Made by a program: the position numbers and the translations under genes. From positions 191,270 to 220,282 of the forward strand of contig CBFHOE010000005.1 of assembly GCA_965657355.1 (NCBI GenBank): a stretch of DNA of 29,013 nucleotides, read 5' to 3'. Source of the stretch: Limisphaerales bacterium (lineage in GTDB: Bacteria; Verrucomicrobiota; Verrucomicrobiia; Limisphaerales; JAJOIW01). How positions within the stretch are numbered: the stretch's first letter is position 1; each line of letters opens with the position of its first letter. Below are positions 16,993 through 25,764 of this stretch, one piece after another. The notes below the pieces were generated by a model. That model did no database searches. It was given only the letters and a program-made list of their open reading frames with translations, and was not told where the DNA came from.

Positions 16993-17418
16993 ATGAAAAA
17001 AAATCATTGGTTGGTTAAACAGGAGCCAAAAGCATACCCCTGGAGACAGCTAGTAGAGGACAAAACGACAAATTGGGATGGAGTGAGGAACTATCAGGCA
17101 AGAAACAATTTGAGGTCCATGAAAAAAGGCGACCTGGTATTATTTTATCACAGTGTCGTAGGTAAGGAAGTGGTTGGAATAGCCGAAGTTGCCAAAGAAC
17201 ATTTTCCCGATTTAACGGCTGAGAAAGGAGATTGGTCGGCCGTTGAAATCAAGGCACTGCAAACACTGAATGAACCAGTATCCTTGGAAACCATCAAGGG
17301 AGAAGAATCCCTCCAAAACATGCTGCTGGTCAGGAACAGTCGAATTTCGGTCATGCCAGTGACTGCAAAAGAATTCAACAGGATTCTTAAGTTAGGAAAG
17401 ACTAAATTGTCGCATTGA
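16993..17418 (+). CDS. EVE domain-containing protein (PUA-like)
   Basis: WLVKQEP, WDGVRNYQARNNLRSMKKGDLVLFYHS, VGIAEV, RISVMPV. Confidence 0.95.
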   Translation: MKKNHWLVKQEPKAYPWRQLVEDKTTNWDGVRNYQARNNLRSMKKGDLVLFYHSVVGKEVVGIAEVAKEHFPDLTAEKGDWSAVEIKALQTLNEPVSLETIKGEESLQNMLLVRNSRISVMPVTAKEFNRILKLGKTKLSH

Positions 17419-17479
17419 AGCAATTTAGATTAGGAAATCAACAAAACTGAGTAACTATAATAAGATCCGATCGCACACT

Positions 17480-18577
17480 ATGATCGCCAAAAACAAAAAA
17501 ATGGGGAGATTTAAAGATTCATTATCGACAGCAAATTTTGTGATTACAAAGAAGATTTCTGCAGCGATAGTGTTATCTATCACTCTCATCCTGTTTTCGG
17601 GATGCAATAAAGATGAGATTCGACAGTATGAAGTCGAGGTAGAAGTTCCCAGAGGCACCGCCAACAACCCAGAAAAAATAGTCTACACCAGTCCTCAGGG
17701 GTGGACAGAACGAGGCCAAGGATCAAGCTCAGGTGCGGATTTTGTTTTGCCTACTTCAGACGGAAGCCACCTGGAGGCATCCTTTAGACTTTTTGCAGAC
17801 ATGAGTGGTAGTGAGTCTTTTGTGCTCAATATGATGAGGGGCGAGGCAGGCCTCGGGCGTAAATTGGAAGAAAATGAAGTCCGAGAAATGATGAACACCC
17901 TAAAAATCGGTGACGGATATGGTATTTCATTCGAAGTCATCAGCAGAGATGAAAATCCAGCCTACAAGGGAAAACTAAGAATTGTGATTGCGATGCTTCA
18001 CCGTTCGGGGGCGACTTGGTTCTTCAAATATGCAGGGAATATTGATGAATCTACGAAAAATCAGGAAGGCTTTTTCAGATGGCTTTCTGACATGAAATTT
18101 ACCAAAGAAAATAAGCCAGCACCGAAAACGATCACTCCGACTCGAGAAAGTTCATTGCCAAATTGGTCTGTCCCGGATTCTTGGACAACTCTCCCCCCAA
18201 GCAGTATGGTTCCTGCTAAATTTCAGGTAACAAACGACGAAGGAGAAGCAACAATATCCATCTCAACTTTCCCTGGCGATGTCGGAGGACTCGTCCCAAA
18301 TGTATCTAGATGGAGAAGACAAGTTGGTCTGCCTGAAATTCCCGAAGCTGAGTATGGTGAGACTGTATCCACCTATGAGGTTGATGGAAATACAGCCACA
18401 TTAGTAGATTTGAGCGAAGAAAATGAAAACCAAAAAGAAAGTCTCATAGCTGTTTGGGATTTGCGCGGTTCGGGAAGCAATCAAAAAAGCTGGTTTTATA
18501 AGATACAAGGAGAATTTAGTGTCGTAAATGAAGCTAAAAAAGATTTTTTTGGCTTCATTGATTCGGTTGAATATTGA
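17480..18577 (+). CDS. Uncharacterised lipoprotein with two internally repeated domains
   Basis: Lipobox LFSGC after a hydrophobic stretch (true start may be GTG 17540). Repeat units YTSPQGW..NMMRGEAGL..WFFKYAG..FFRWLSDMKF and WSVPDSW..NVSRWRRQVGL..WFYKIQG..FFGFIDSVEY. Confidence 0.75.
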   Translation: MIAKNKKMGRFKDSLSTANFVITKKISAAIVLSITLILFSGCNKDEIRQYEVEVEVPRGTANNPEKIVYTSPQGWTERGQGSSSGADFVLPTSDGSHLEASFRLFADMSGSESFVLNMMRGEAGLGRKLEENEVREMMNTLKIGDGYGISFEVISRDENPAYKGKLRIVIAMLHRSGATWFFKYAGNIDESTKNQEGFFRWLSDMKFTKENKPAPKTITPTRESSLPNWSVPDSWTTLPPSSMVPAKFQVTNDEGEATISISTFPGDVGGLVPNVSRWRRQVGLPEIPEAEYGETVSTYEVDGNTATLVDLSEENENQKESLIAVWDLRGSGSNQKSWFYKIQGEFSVVNEAKKDFFGFIDSVEY

Positions 18578-18638
18578 GCAATTGAGATCGAATTTTTGGA
18601 ATTAAAATTATGTCCGATATCTAAAAATAATTTTTACA

Positions 18639-19850
18639 ATGAAGAAAATACCGAAATCGATTAAACCGATCGTCAAATTTTTCACCAGTCTGAAATTGAC
18701 GGTGGTTCTTCTTACCTTTTCGCTTTTGTTAACATTTTTTGGAACACTAGCCCAAGTGCAGGATGGACTATATGAGGTGCAAAAAGAGTATTTCCAAAGT
18801 TTTTTTGTAATTCATGAGCAACCCATTAGTCAGAAAGAAGACGGTAATTTGGTATCTGTACATTTCCCATTACCAGGCGGCTATTTGATAGGCACAATGT
18901 TGTTGATTAATTTGGTTGCTGGTTTTATTGCAAGATTCAATTTCACCGTCAGCAAGTGCGGCATATACATCTCCCACCTTGGACTCATACTTCTACTTCT
19001 CGGGCAACTTGCTACTGAAGCATACCAAGAAGAAAGCAACATAAGATTTGAGGAAGGTGAGAAAAGAAACTACTCGCAGAGCTACAGAGAATTTGAATTG
19101 GCTTTCACTCAACCGGGATCCTCATCTTCCAAAGAAAAGGTCACAGTGATTCCGGAAAAATTTCTTTACAAATCGAAAAGTAAGAACGAATCAATATCGA
19201 GCAGTCTTCTTCCATTCGAAATCAAAATATCTAACCTCTTTACCAATTCGACTATCAACCAATTGGCAGCAGATAAACTAAGAGACGACTTCCAGGGGGC
19301 GGGCAAAAGATTTGAAGCCATTGGTAAAAGCAAAGTCGCAACAATGGATGAAGTCAATATACCAGCATGCGAACTCGAATTGATCGATAAGTCGGACCAG
19401 AAATCCATTGCCAAGTTCCTCGTCACACCAGAACTTTTTCCCCAGTCGTTTAAAATTGGAGAAACACCATACAAAATCCACCTTAGATTCGAAAGATTTT
19501 ACAAACCATTTCATCTGCATTTAGTAGATTTCAGACACGATAAATTCACCGGAACACAAACACCTAGAAATTTTTCAAGCCTTGTCCAATTGGAGAACAA
19601 TGATTCTAAGGAAAATAGACCAGTAAACATAAAAATGAACTCGCCATTGAGATATGGAAATGAGACTTACTATCAAGCAAGCTTTGACAAGGTCAATCCC
19701 CGCATCACAGTTTTACAATGTGTTAGCAATCCAAGTTCTCTCCTACCTTACATATCCTGTAGCTTAATGAGCCTTGGTCTAACAATCCAATTTCTATTCC
19801 ATCTAACAAAATTTGTAGGAAAGCAGATGAAGGCAACTAAAAAATCCTAA
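18639..19850 (+). CDS. resB: Cytochrome c biogenesis protein ResB/Ccs1-like (system II)
   Basis: FFTSLKLTVVLL..FFGTLAQ, LLINL, TM His in GIYISHLGLILLLLG, large periplasmic domain, PRNFSS, IKMNSPLRYG..YYQASF, C-terminal TM; directly upstream of ccsA. Confidence 0.8.
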   Translation: MKKIPKSIKPIVKFFTSLKLTVVLLTFSLLLTFFGTLAQVQDGLYEVQKEYFQSFFVIHEQPISQKEDGNLVSVHFPLPGGYLIGTMLLINLVAGFIARFNFTVSKCGIYISHLGLILLLLGQLATEAYQEESNIRFEEGEKRNYSQSYREFELAFTQPGSSSSKEKVTVIPEKFLYKSKSKNESISSSLLPFEIKISNLFTNSTINQLAADKLRDDFQGAGKRFEAIGKSKVATMDEVNIPACELELIDKSDQKSIAKFLVTPELFPQSFKIGETPYKIHLRFERFYKPFHLHLVDFRHDKFTGTQTPRNFSSLVQLENNDSKENRPVNIKMNSPLRYGNETYYQASFDKVNPRITVLQCVSNPSSLLPYISCSLMSLGLTIQFLFHLTKFVGKQMKATKKS

Positions 19851-19862
19851 CCGTTATCTGAG

Positions 19863-21866
19863 ATGAAAAAATTTATACCATTAATAGTCATTTGTTTAGC
19901 TACTCTCTACACTCTAAAATTTGCTGCGCCTCCAAAACAGCCAGGTGATTACCAACTTAATGAGTTCGGCAAAATACCTGCTCTCCTAAATGGAAGAATC
20001 CAACCGATAGATACAGTAGCGCGAAACACACTGATTCAAATAGCCGGCCAGAGTAAAATACCTGAAACAAAAACTCCCGCCCTTAACTGGTTCATGGAGC
20101 TGATTACGGACCTGGAATCTGCTGACACAAGAAATATTTTCAGGATGCATCACGAGGAGATCATAGATGGCCTAAATTTAAAAGATAAGGGATACAGAAA
20201 AAAACAACTCTTCTGGTTCTCAATGAATGACCTTCGTCCACACGTTGAGAAATTATTCAATGATGCCAGAGATATTGGTGAAATAAAGTCTGACAAAAGA
20301 ACGCACCAGCAACAACAAATATTCGAGATTGCCAACGCCATACATTCGTATCAAAGACTGCGACTCAGTTTTGTTCCAATGGGATTTGATGATATGGAAC
20401 CACGCCTCAATGAACTCTATTCGGTCATACCTGCAGCTCTGCCTGAGATAAGAAAAAGCGAAAGCGGAGTAGAATACGATCAGGATATAGTTAATAACTT
20501 TTTTTCCTTAACTCAAGGACTGCAGGTTGGAGAAGACCCCTCTTTACCCGCCGTGATCCCTCCAGCTGCCGGAGGTGTCGCAGAAGATTGGAGCTCCATA
20601 CCCTCAGCCATTACAAAAACATTACAACTGGCCGCTCAAAGTCCAACTCCAGTGTCCCTAGAAAATGAAGCAATAAACACGGAACTAAGATTATATGCGC
20701 AAATCCAGTCGGGATATAAAAATGATAACCCAGAGAAATTTAATAAAGCTACAGCTGAACTTTCGGAGGCTGTCCTTGCTCTCGAGCGCCCGCACAAACC
20801 AGCAAAAAATGAATATCTTGTAGGCAAACTTATTTCCTCTACTTTCGGCAAAATAGTCAATCATTTCCAAAAACCCTCTCGTAAGGGAAAACTTGAGTTT
20901 TTCTTAAACCATCTTAACCCTTTTGCATGTGCTCAGGGGATATACATGCTGTCCTTCTTGGCCGCACTTATTTTTGTTGTTCGTCCAAAATTGAGCTCCG
21001 CGTGGAGCTCCGCACTAGGTCTCGCTACTCTTGCATTTATCGTTCACAGTATTGGAATCCTATTTAGAATGTTTCTAGAAGGACGACCGCCAGTAACGAA
21101 TCTTTACTCATCGGCAGTCTTTGTTGGCTGGGGCGCTATCCTACTGGCTCTTTTTGGCGAGCTCTTGTTCAAGAATGGACTCAATTTGCTTGGTTGTTCA
21201 TTGATTGGATTTGTCACATTGATGGTTGCCCATTTTCTTTCACTAGATGGCGATACAATGGCAATGCTGCAAGCTGTATTGGATACTAACGCATGGCTTG
21301 CCACTCATGTGACGACTGTGACTTTTGGCTACTCCGCCACTTTCGTCGCTGGCTTCATGGGGCTGCTCTACCTCTTCATGGGAATTCTTACTCCAACACT
21401 AGACAAAGGCCGCAGAAAAATGCTCGGGAAAGTCATTTACGGAGTGATCTGTTTTGCCACTTTGTTTAGTTTTGTCGGGACCATTCTGGGTGGTATTTGG
21501 GCCGATCAATCCTGGGGGCGTTTTTGGGGTTGGGACCCGAAAGAAAACGGGGCGCTTTTAATTGTCATTTGGAATGCTATGATTCTCCACGCTCGATGGG
21601 GTGGGATGATAAAAGAAAGAGGTTTGGTGAATATGGCCATATTCGGAAACGTCATAACTGCTTTTTCCTGGTTCGGCACCAATCTCCTTGGTGTTGGCTT
21701 GCATTCATATGGGTTTATGTCGGGAACCTTCAAATGGCTCGTTCTTTTTTGCGGAAGCCAAACACTGTTTGTCCTTATTGGCATGTTTTTGCCAGAAAAC
21801 CTCTGGGCGAGTAATAAAAATAAGAAGTCCCCAAAAAAATCAGATCCGGATCCAACAACTGCCTGA
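19863..21866 (+). CDS. ccsA: Cytochrome c biogenesis protein CcsA/ResC with a large N-terminal periplasmic domain
   Basis: NGRIQPIDT, GRPPVTNLYSS, WLATHVT, WWD domain GGIWADQSWGRFWGWDPKENGAL, ILHARW, GLHSY. Confidence 0.95.
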   Translation: MKKFIPLIVICLATLYTLKFAAPPKQPGDYQLNEFGKIPALLNGRIQPIDTVARNTLIQIAGQSKIPETKTPALNWFMELITDLESADTRNIFRMHHEEIIDGLNLKDKGYRKKQLFWFSMNDLRPHVEKLFNDARDIGEIKSDKRTHQQQQIFEIANAIHSYQRLRLSFVPMGFDDMEPRLNELYSVIPAALPEIRKSESGVEYDQDIVNNFFSLTQGLQVGEDPSLPAVIPPAAGGVAEDWSSIPSAITKTLQLAAQSPTPVSLENEAINTELRLYAQIQSGYKNDNPEKFNKATAELSEAVLALERPHKPAKNEYLVGKLISSTFGKIVNHFQKPSRKGKLEFFLNHLNPFACAQGIYMLSFLAALIFVVRPKLSSAWSSALGLATLAFIVHSIGILFRMFLEGRPPVTNLYSSAVFVGWGAILLALFGELLFKNGLNLLGCSLIGFVTLMVAHFLSLDGDTMAMLQAVLDTNAWLATHVTTVTFGYSATFVAGFMGLLYLFMGILTPTLDKGRRKMLGKVIYGVICFATLFSFVGTILGGIWADQSWGRFWGWDPKENGALLIVIWNAMILHARWGGMIKERGLVNMAIFGNVITAFSWFGTNLLGVGLHSYGFMSGTFKWLVLFCGSQTLFVLIGMFLPENLWASNKNKKSPKKSDPDPTTA

Positions 21867-21902
21867 TTGATTAATTTTACTCTCTTGCATTAAATATGGG
21901 TT

Positions 21903-22391
21903 GTGAATATTCACCTCCCATATTTTTTTGTAGTATTAGTCAATTGCGTATTTATTGGACTTTTTAGCTCAGGCTGCTCAACGAATAACGCCAATATTTC
22001 TTTAAACAATACAGATGAATATAAAGTCGCCAATCAAATACAAATTCATTCATATGCATTTGAGAAAGGTGACATCGATTGGTTCATGTCAACCTTTCGC
22101 AAATCAAAATCGACATCACTGATTATTGATAATTCTAAAACCGAATCGTGGAGGAATATCCGCGCATTCTATTCGGAATTAATGAATAAAAATCCTCATG
22201 GAAAGATTGAGTCCTCGAAATTAAACCTAAATAAAATTAATCAAAATTCTATTGATTTAACTGGATCTCAAATTCATTCATCAGAATCTGGAGAACTATT
22301 AAAATCATTTTTATTCGAATGCTCGTTTCAAAAATTTCGAGGAAGATGGTTGATAACGAAGCTCAAATTATCTACGAACCCTGACAGCTGA
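21903..22391 (+). CDS. NTF2/SnoaL-like (DUF4440-like) putative lipoprotein
   Basis: Lipobox-like FSSGC; AFEKGDIDWFMSTF, SWRNIRAFY, FQKFRGRWLIT typical of NTF2-fold proteins; AT-rich and apparently divergent. Confidence 0.6.
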   Translation: MNIHLPYFFVVLVNCVFIGLFSSGCSTNNANISLNNTDEYKVANQIQIHSYAFEKGDIDWFMSTFRKSKSTSLIIDNSKTESWRNIRAFYSELMNKNPHGKIESSKLNLNKINQNSIDLTGSQIHSSESGELLKSFLFECSFQKFRGRWLITKLKLSTNPDS

Positions 22392-22440
22392 GAATATTCA
22401 TACCAACAGTAAATCATCTGAAGTCCTCTCATTTCTTAGC

Positions 22441-25400
22441 ATGAAAACAAATTATACTTCGACTGGCCTGGTTATATTCTTTTTATTAATTTTATATTCT
22501 TTTTCTGCCAAGCCTCAAAGCATCCCAACCGTCCCTGAAGGATTTAAAGTCTCTGAATACGCCTCATCAAACCTATTAAGTAACCCAGTCGCCATTAGTT
22601 TTGATGATTTTGGCCGTCTGTATGTCGCAGAAGCCCACAGGAAAAACACAGGGGTTTGGGGTGTTACGTTTTCCAGATGGTGGGCAATGGAGGATTACCA
22701 ATCGAGCACTTTGGAAGAACGCGAAGCAATGTATGACCGATGGAGCCATATTGTCTCAAGACAAAAAATGGAATCCAAATCTGAATTAGTCCGAATCCTT
22801 CTTGATGAAGATTTAGATGGAAAGGCTGATAAATCTCACATATTCGCAGATGGATTCAACAATCGGCTAGATGGCAATGCCGCTGGAATTCTGGCACTTG
22901 GCGATAAAGTCTTACTTGCCAATATTCCACATTTGTGGGAATTGAGAGATCAAAATCAAGATAACATAGCAGAGATAAAAAATAGCCTTCACAAGGGTTT
23001 TGGCGTTCGTGTTGGGGTACACGGACATGACTTGCATGGATTGGTTCAAGGGCCAGATGGTAAAATTTATTTCACAGTTGGAGACCGCGGTTACGATGTA
23101 ATAAATGACCAAGGGATTCGTTTTCATGAAAGCCACAAAGGGGCCGTCTTTAGATGCTTGCCAGATGGATCCAAACTCGAAGTATTTCACACAGGTTTAA
23201 GAAACCCGCAAGAACTGGCATTTAATGACCAAGGAGATTTATTCACCGTCGACAATAATATGAGTGGAGGAGACGAATGCCGGATATTGCATCTTCTCCA
23301 AGACGGGGATTCAGCTTGGGACGCTACTTTCCAGCTTTCAGGACATTTTAGGGGAGAGACAAATCGCAAAAGTCACACCAGACCTACGTGGTTTACAGAA
23401 AGATTATGGGCCCCACCAAACTTAGATTTACCAAAGTGGCATAATCCAGCAATCGGTAATCTATCCAGAGGGCCTAGCGGCCTTGCATTTTACCCCGGAA
23501 CGGGACTTTCAAATGATTACAAAAACAAATTTTTCTTAGCTGATTTTGTTGGAAATGCTGCTAACAGTTACGTTCTAACTTTTTCCCTTGATCAATTTGG
23601 AGCTAGCTACAAATTTGCCCAGTCGGAGGTCTTTGCTAAAAATGTGTTGGCTACCGACATTGAGTTTGCCCCAGACGGTAATCTTTATATCGCCGATTGG
23701 ATAACAGGGTGGAGTGGCACTGGACAAGGTAAGATATGGAAAGTTAAGGCCTTAAAAGATACAAGCCTGTCAGCAACCATTTCAAAAATATTGAGTGCCT
23801 CACTCGAAAAAACAGATAATAAAACTCTCGTTCATTATCTATCCAACCCTGACCAAAGAGTCCGATATAAATCTCAATTCGAATTAGTTAAACGAGATTC
23901 CTTAGGATCGCGTTCCCTGATCGATTGCCTTTCTTATTCCAAAAATTCTATCGCCAAAATTCATTCACTGTGGGGACTTGGCCAACTTGCCGAGAAAAGA
24001 ACTCTGAGTGAGAGTGAAATAAATGCCTGTTTGAAATGTTTGGATGACGCCAGCTCGGAGGTACGTGCTCAAGCTGCAAAAATATATAGATGGATCCCGA
24101 GACAAGCTAATCATGACCAGTTCATTAAATGCTTGCATGATCCCAACCCAAGGGTCCTGTATCAATCAATCATGTCGGCCTACAAACTAGGGCTTACTGA
24201 ATGTTATGAATTAGTTCTGGATCTAATAGCTGAACAGAAAATTATGGATGACCATGCCCTCAGACACGCTGCTGTATGCTTTCTTTCAAGTGTTGCAAAG
24301 GATTACGAAGTCTCCGCTTTGCAGAACCACGCCAGTCCTGACGTTAGAGAAATGGCAGTTTTGGCTCTAAGGCGGACGGGGAGCTCGAAAGTTCTCAATT
24401 TCTGTAACGACCCAGAGAAAGAGATTGTTTATGCCGTTATCAGAGCGGCCCATGATATTGATTCGGTAAATGGTATGAAGGCAATTGCAGATATGGCTGA
24501 CGGCACAATCTTGTCGCAAAGCGATTTGCCCTTTCCCATAGGTCAAAGAATAATAAATGCAAACTTCAGAATCGGCAAAGAAGCTAACGCCAAAGCTTTA
24601 TCCAGTCTGGTCAGAGATACTACAATTCCAATGAGTTTGCGTTTGTCAGCTCTGGAAAGTCTTAGAGATTGGAAAAGCCCCAGCCCATTTGACAGAGTCA
24701 CCTGGCACTTAAAACCTCACCTAACGAATAGGTTTCTCAGTGTTGGTAAAATAATCAAAAGTGATATCATCCAATCGTTTCATCACTTCTCAAAATACAA
24801 AGAAAATTTTTCAAATGACCAACAAATGCGAGCCTTATTAGCGATCGCACATATTCTGATCGACCATAAAATTGCATCCAAACAAATTGCAGAGAAAGTC
24901 GTAATAAATAACCAACTACCCTCTGAGCTGAGACTCCAGTTTTTCGATTATCTTGCAAATAGAGACAATCTGCCAGACAACATTACACGCGAAACAACAA
25001 AAGATCCCAACCCAAAATTAAGCACGAGAGCACATGTCTACCTGGCAAATAATAAATCCCAATCCAATATTGCATCTTTAAAAAAACAACTCCACGGTGA
25101 TGATCCAGAGCTTATCCAAACAATTCTCGACCAGTTACCTGAAAACAACACGGAGTGGGTGACAGAATTAATCACAGGAGCATCAAAAAGAGCAATAAAG
25201 GGTGATCTTCCTAAGGATGCTCTTTTAAATGTTTTCCAAGCATTAGTAAAGCGATCTAGCTTGGCAATTGAGCTAGATAAATTTACTAATTCTATTATTG
25301 GAGATGACAGATTGGGTAAATCGATATTGTCATTCGATGGAGGAGATGAAAAAGTAGGGCAATATATTTTCAATAATCACATTTCTCAGTGTGTTCGCTG

Positions 25401-25752
25401 CCATAGGGTAAATGGTTTTGGCGGCCAGGCTGGCCCCGACTTATCACGCATAGGAAGCACTCATTCGACCAGAGAAATTGTCGAATCGATTATATGGCCT
25501 AACGAGAAAATCGCTTCGGGATTTGGAATTACCTCATTAACCCTAAAGGATGGTCGCGTTATTTCGGGAACAAGCGAAGAAGAAAATGACTCAACAATAA
25601 AATTGATGACCCTCGATAAAAAAATGTTGGAAATTAAAAAGGCTGACATAGAGACGAGGAACCCAGCTCAATCATCTATGCCGCCAATGGGTGCGATCTT
25701 GAGCCTCAGAGAGTTAAGGGATCTGGTTAGTTACCTAAAAAACTTGAAATAA
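22441..25752 (+). CDS. PVC-type heme-binding CxxCH protein (putative membrane-bound dehydrogenase beta-propeller, HEAT repeats, cytochrome c)
   Basis: VPEGFKVSEYA..NPVAISFDDFGRLYVAE, GHDLHGLVQGPDGKIYFTVGD, GLRNPQELAFNDQG; HEAT repeats (LSNPDQRVRY, LDDASSEVRAQAA, LHDPNPRV); GGDEKVGQYIF..CVRCH..GPDLSRIG, SSMPP. Confidence 0.9.
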   Translation: MKTNYTSTGLVIFFLLILYSFSAKPQSIPTVPEGFKVSEYASSNLLSNPVAISFDDFGRLYVAEAHRKNTGVWGVTFSRWWAMEDYQSSTLEEREAMYDRWSHIVSRQKMESKSELVRILLDEDLDGKADKSHIFADGFNNRLDGNAAGILALGDKVLLANIPHLWELRDQNQDNIAEIKNSLHKGFGVRVGVHGHDLHGLVQGPDGKIYFTVGDRGYDVINDQGIRFHESHKGAVFRCLPDGSKLEVFHTGLRNPQELAFNDQGDLFTVDNNMSGGDECRILHLLQDGDSAWDATFQLSGHFRGETNRKSHTRPTWFTERLWAPPNLDLPKWHNPAIGNLSRGPSGLAFYPGTGLSNDYKNKFFLADFVGNAANSYVLTFSLDQFGASYKFAQSEVFAKNVLATDIEFAPDGNLYIADWITGWSGTGQGKIWKVKALKDTSLSATISKILSASLEKTDNKTLVHYLSNPDQRVRYKSQFELVKRDSLGSRSLIDCLSYSKNSIAKIHSLWGLGQLAEKRTLSESEINACLKCLDDASSEVRAQAAKIYRWIPRQANHDQFIKCLHDPNPRVLYQSIMSAYKLGLTECYELVLDLIAEQKIMDDHALRHAAVCFLSSVAKDYEVSALQNHASPDVREMAVLALRRTGSSKVLNFCNDPEKEIVYAVIRAAHDIDSVNGMKAIADMADGTILSQSDLPFPIGQRIINANFRIGKEANAKALSSLVRDTTIPMSLRLSALESLRDWKSPSPFDRVTWHLKPHLTNRFLSVGKIIKSDIIQSFHHFSKYKENFSNDQQMRALLAIAHILIDHKIASKQIAEKVVINNQLPSELRLQFFDYLANRDNLPDNITRETTKDPNPKLSTRAHVYLANNKSQSNIASLKKQLHGDDPELIQTILDQLPENNTEWVTELITGASKRAIKGDLPKDALLNVFQALVKRSSLAIELDKFTNSIIGDDRLGKSILSFDGGDEKVGQYIFNNHISQCVRCHRVNGFGGQAGPDLSRIGSTHSTREIVESIIWPNEKIASGFGITSLTLKDGRVISGTSEEENDSTIKLMTLDKKMLEIKKADIETRNPAQSSMPPMGAILSLRELRDLVSYLKNLK

Positions 25753-25764
25753 CATATAAAAAAT

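Noticed and set aside
16993..17418. EVE as part of a modification-dependent restriction system
   Set aside because: Standalone EVE with no fused or neighbouring nuclease or ATPase.
20993..21013. GAGCTCCGC direct/inverted repeat inside ccsA
   Set aside because: Two copies only, explained by the coding repeat LSSAWSSAL.
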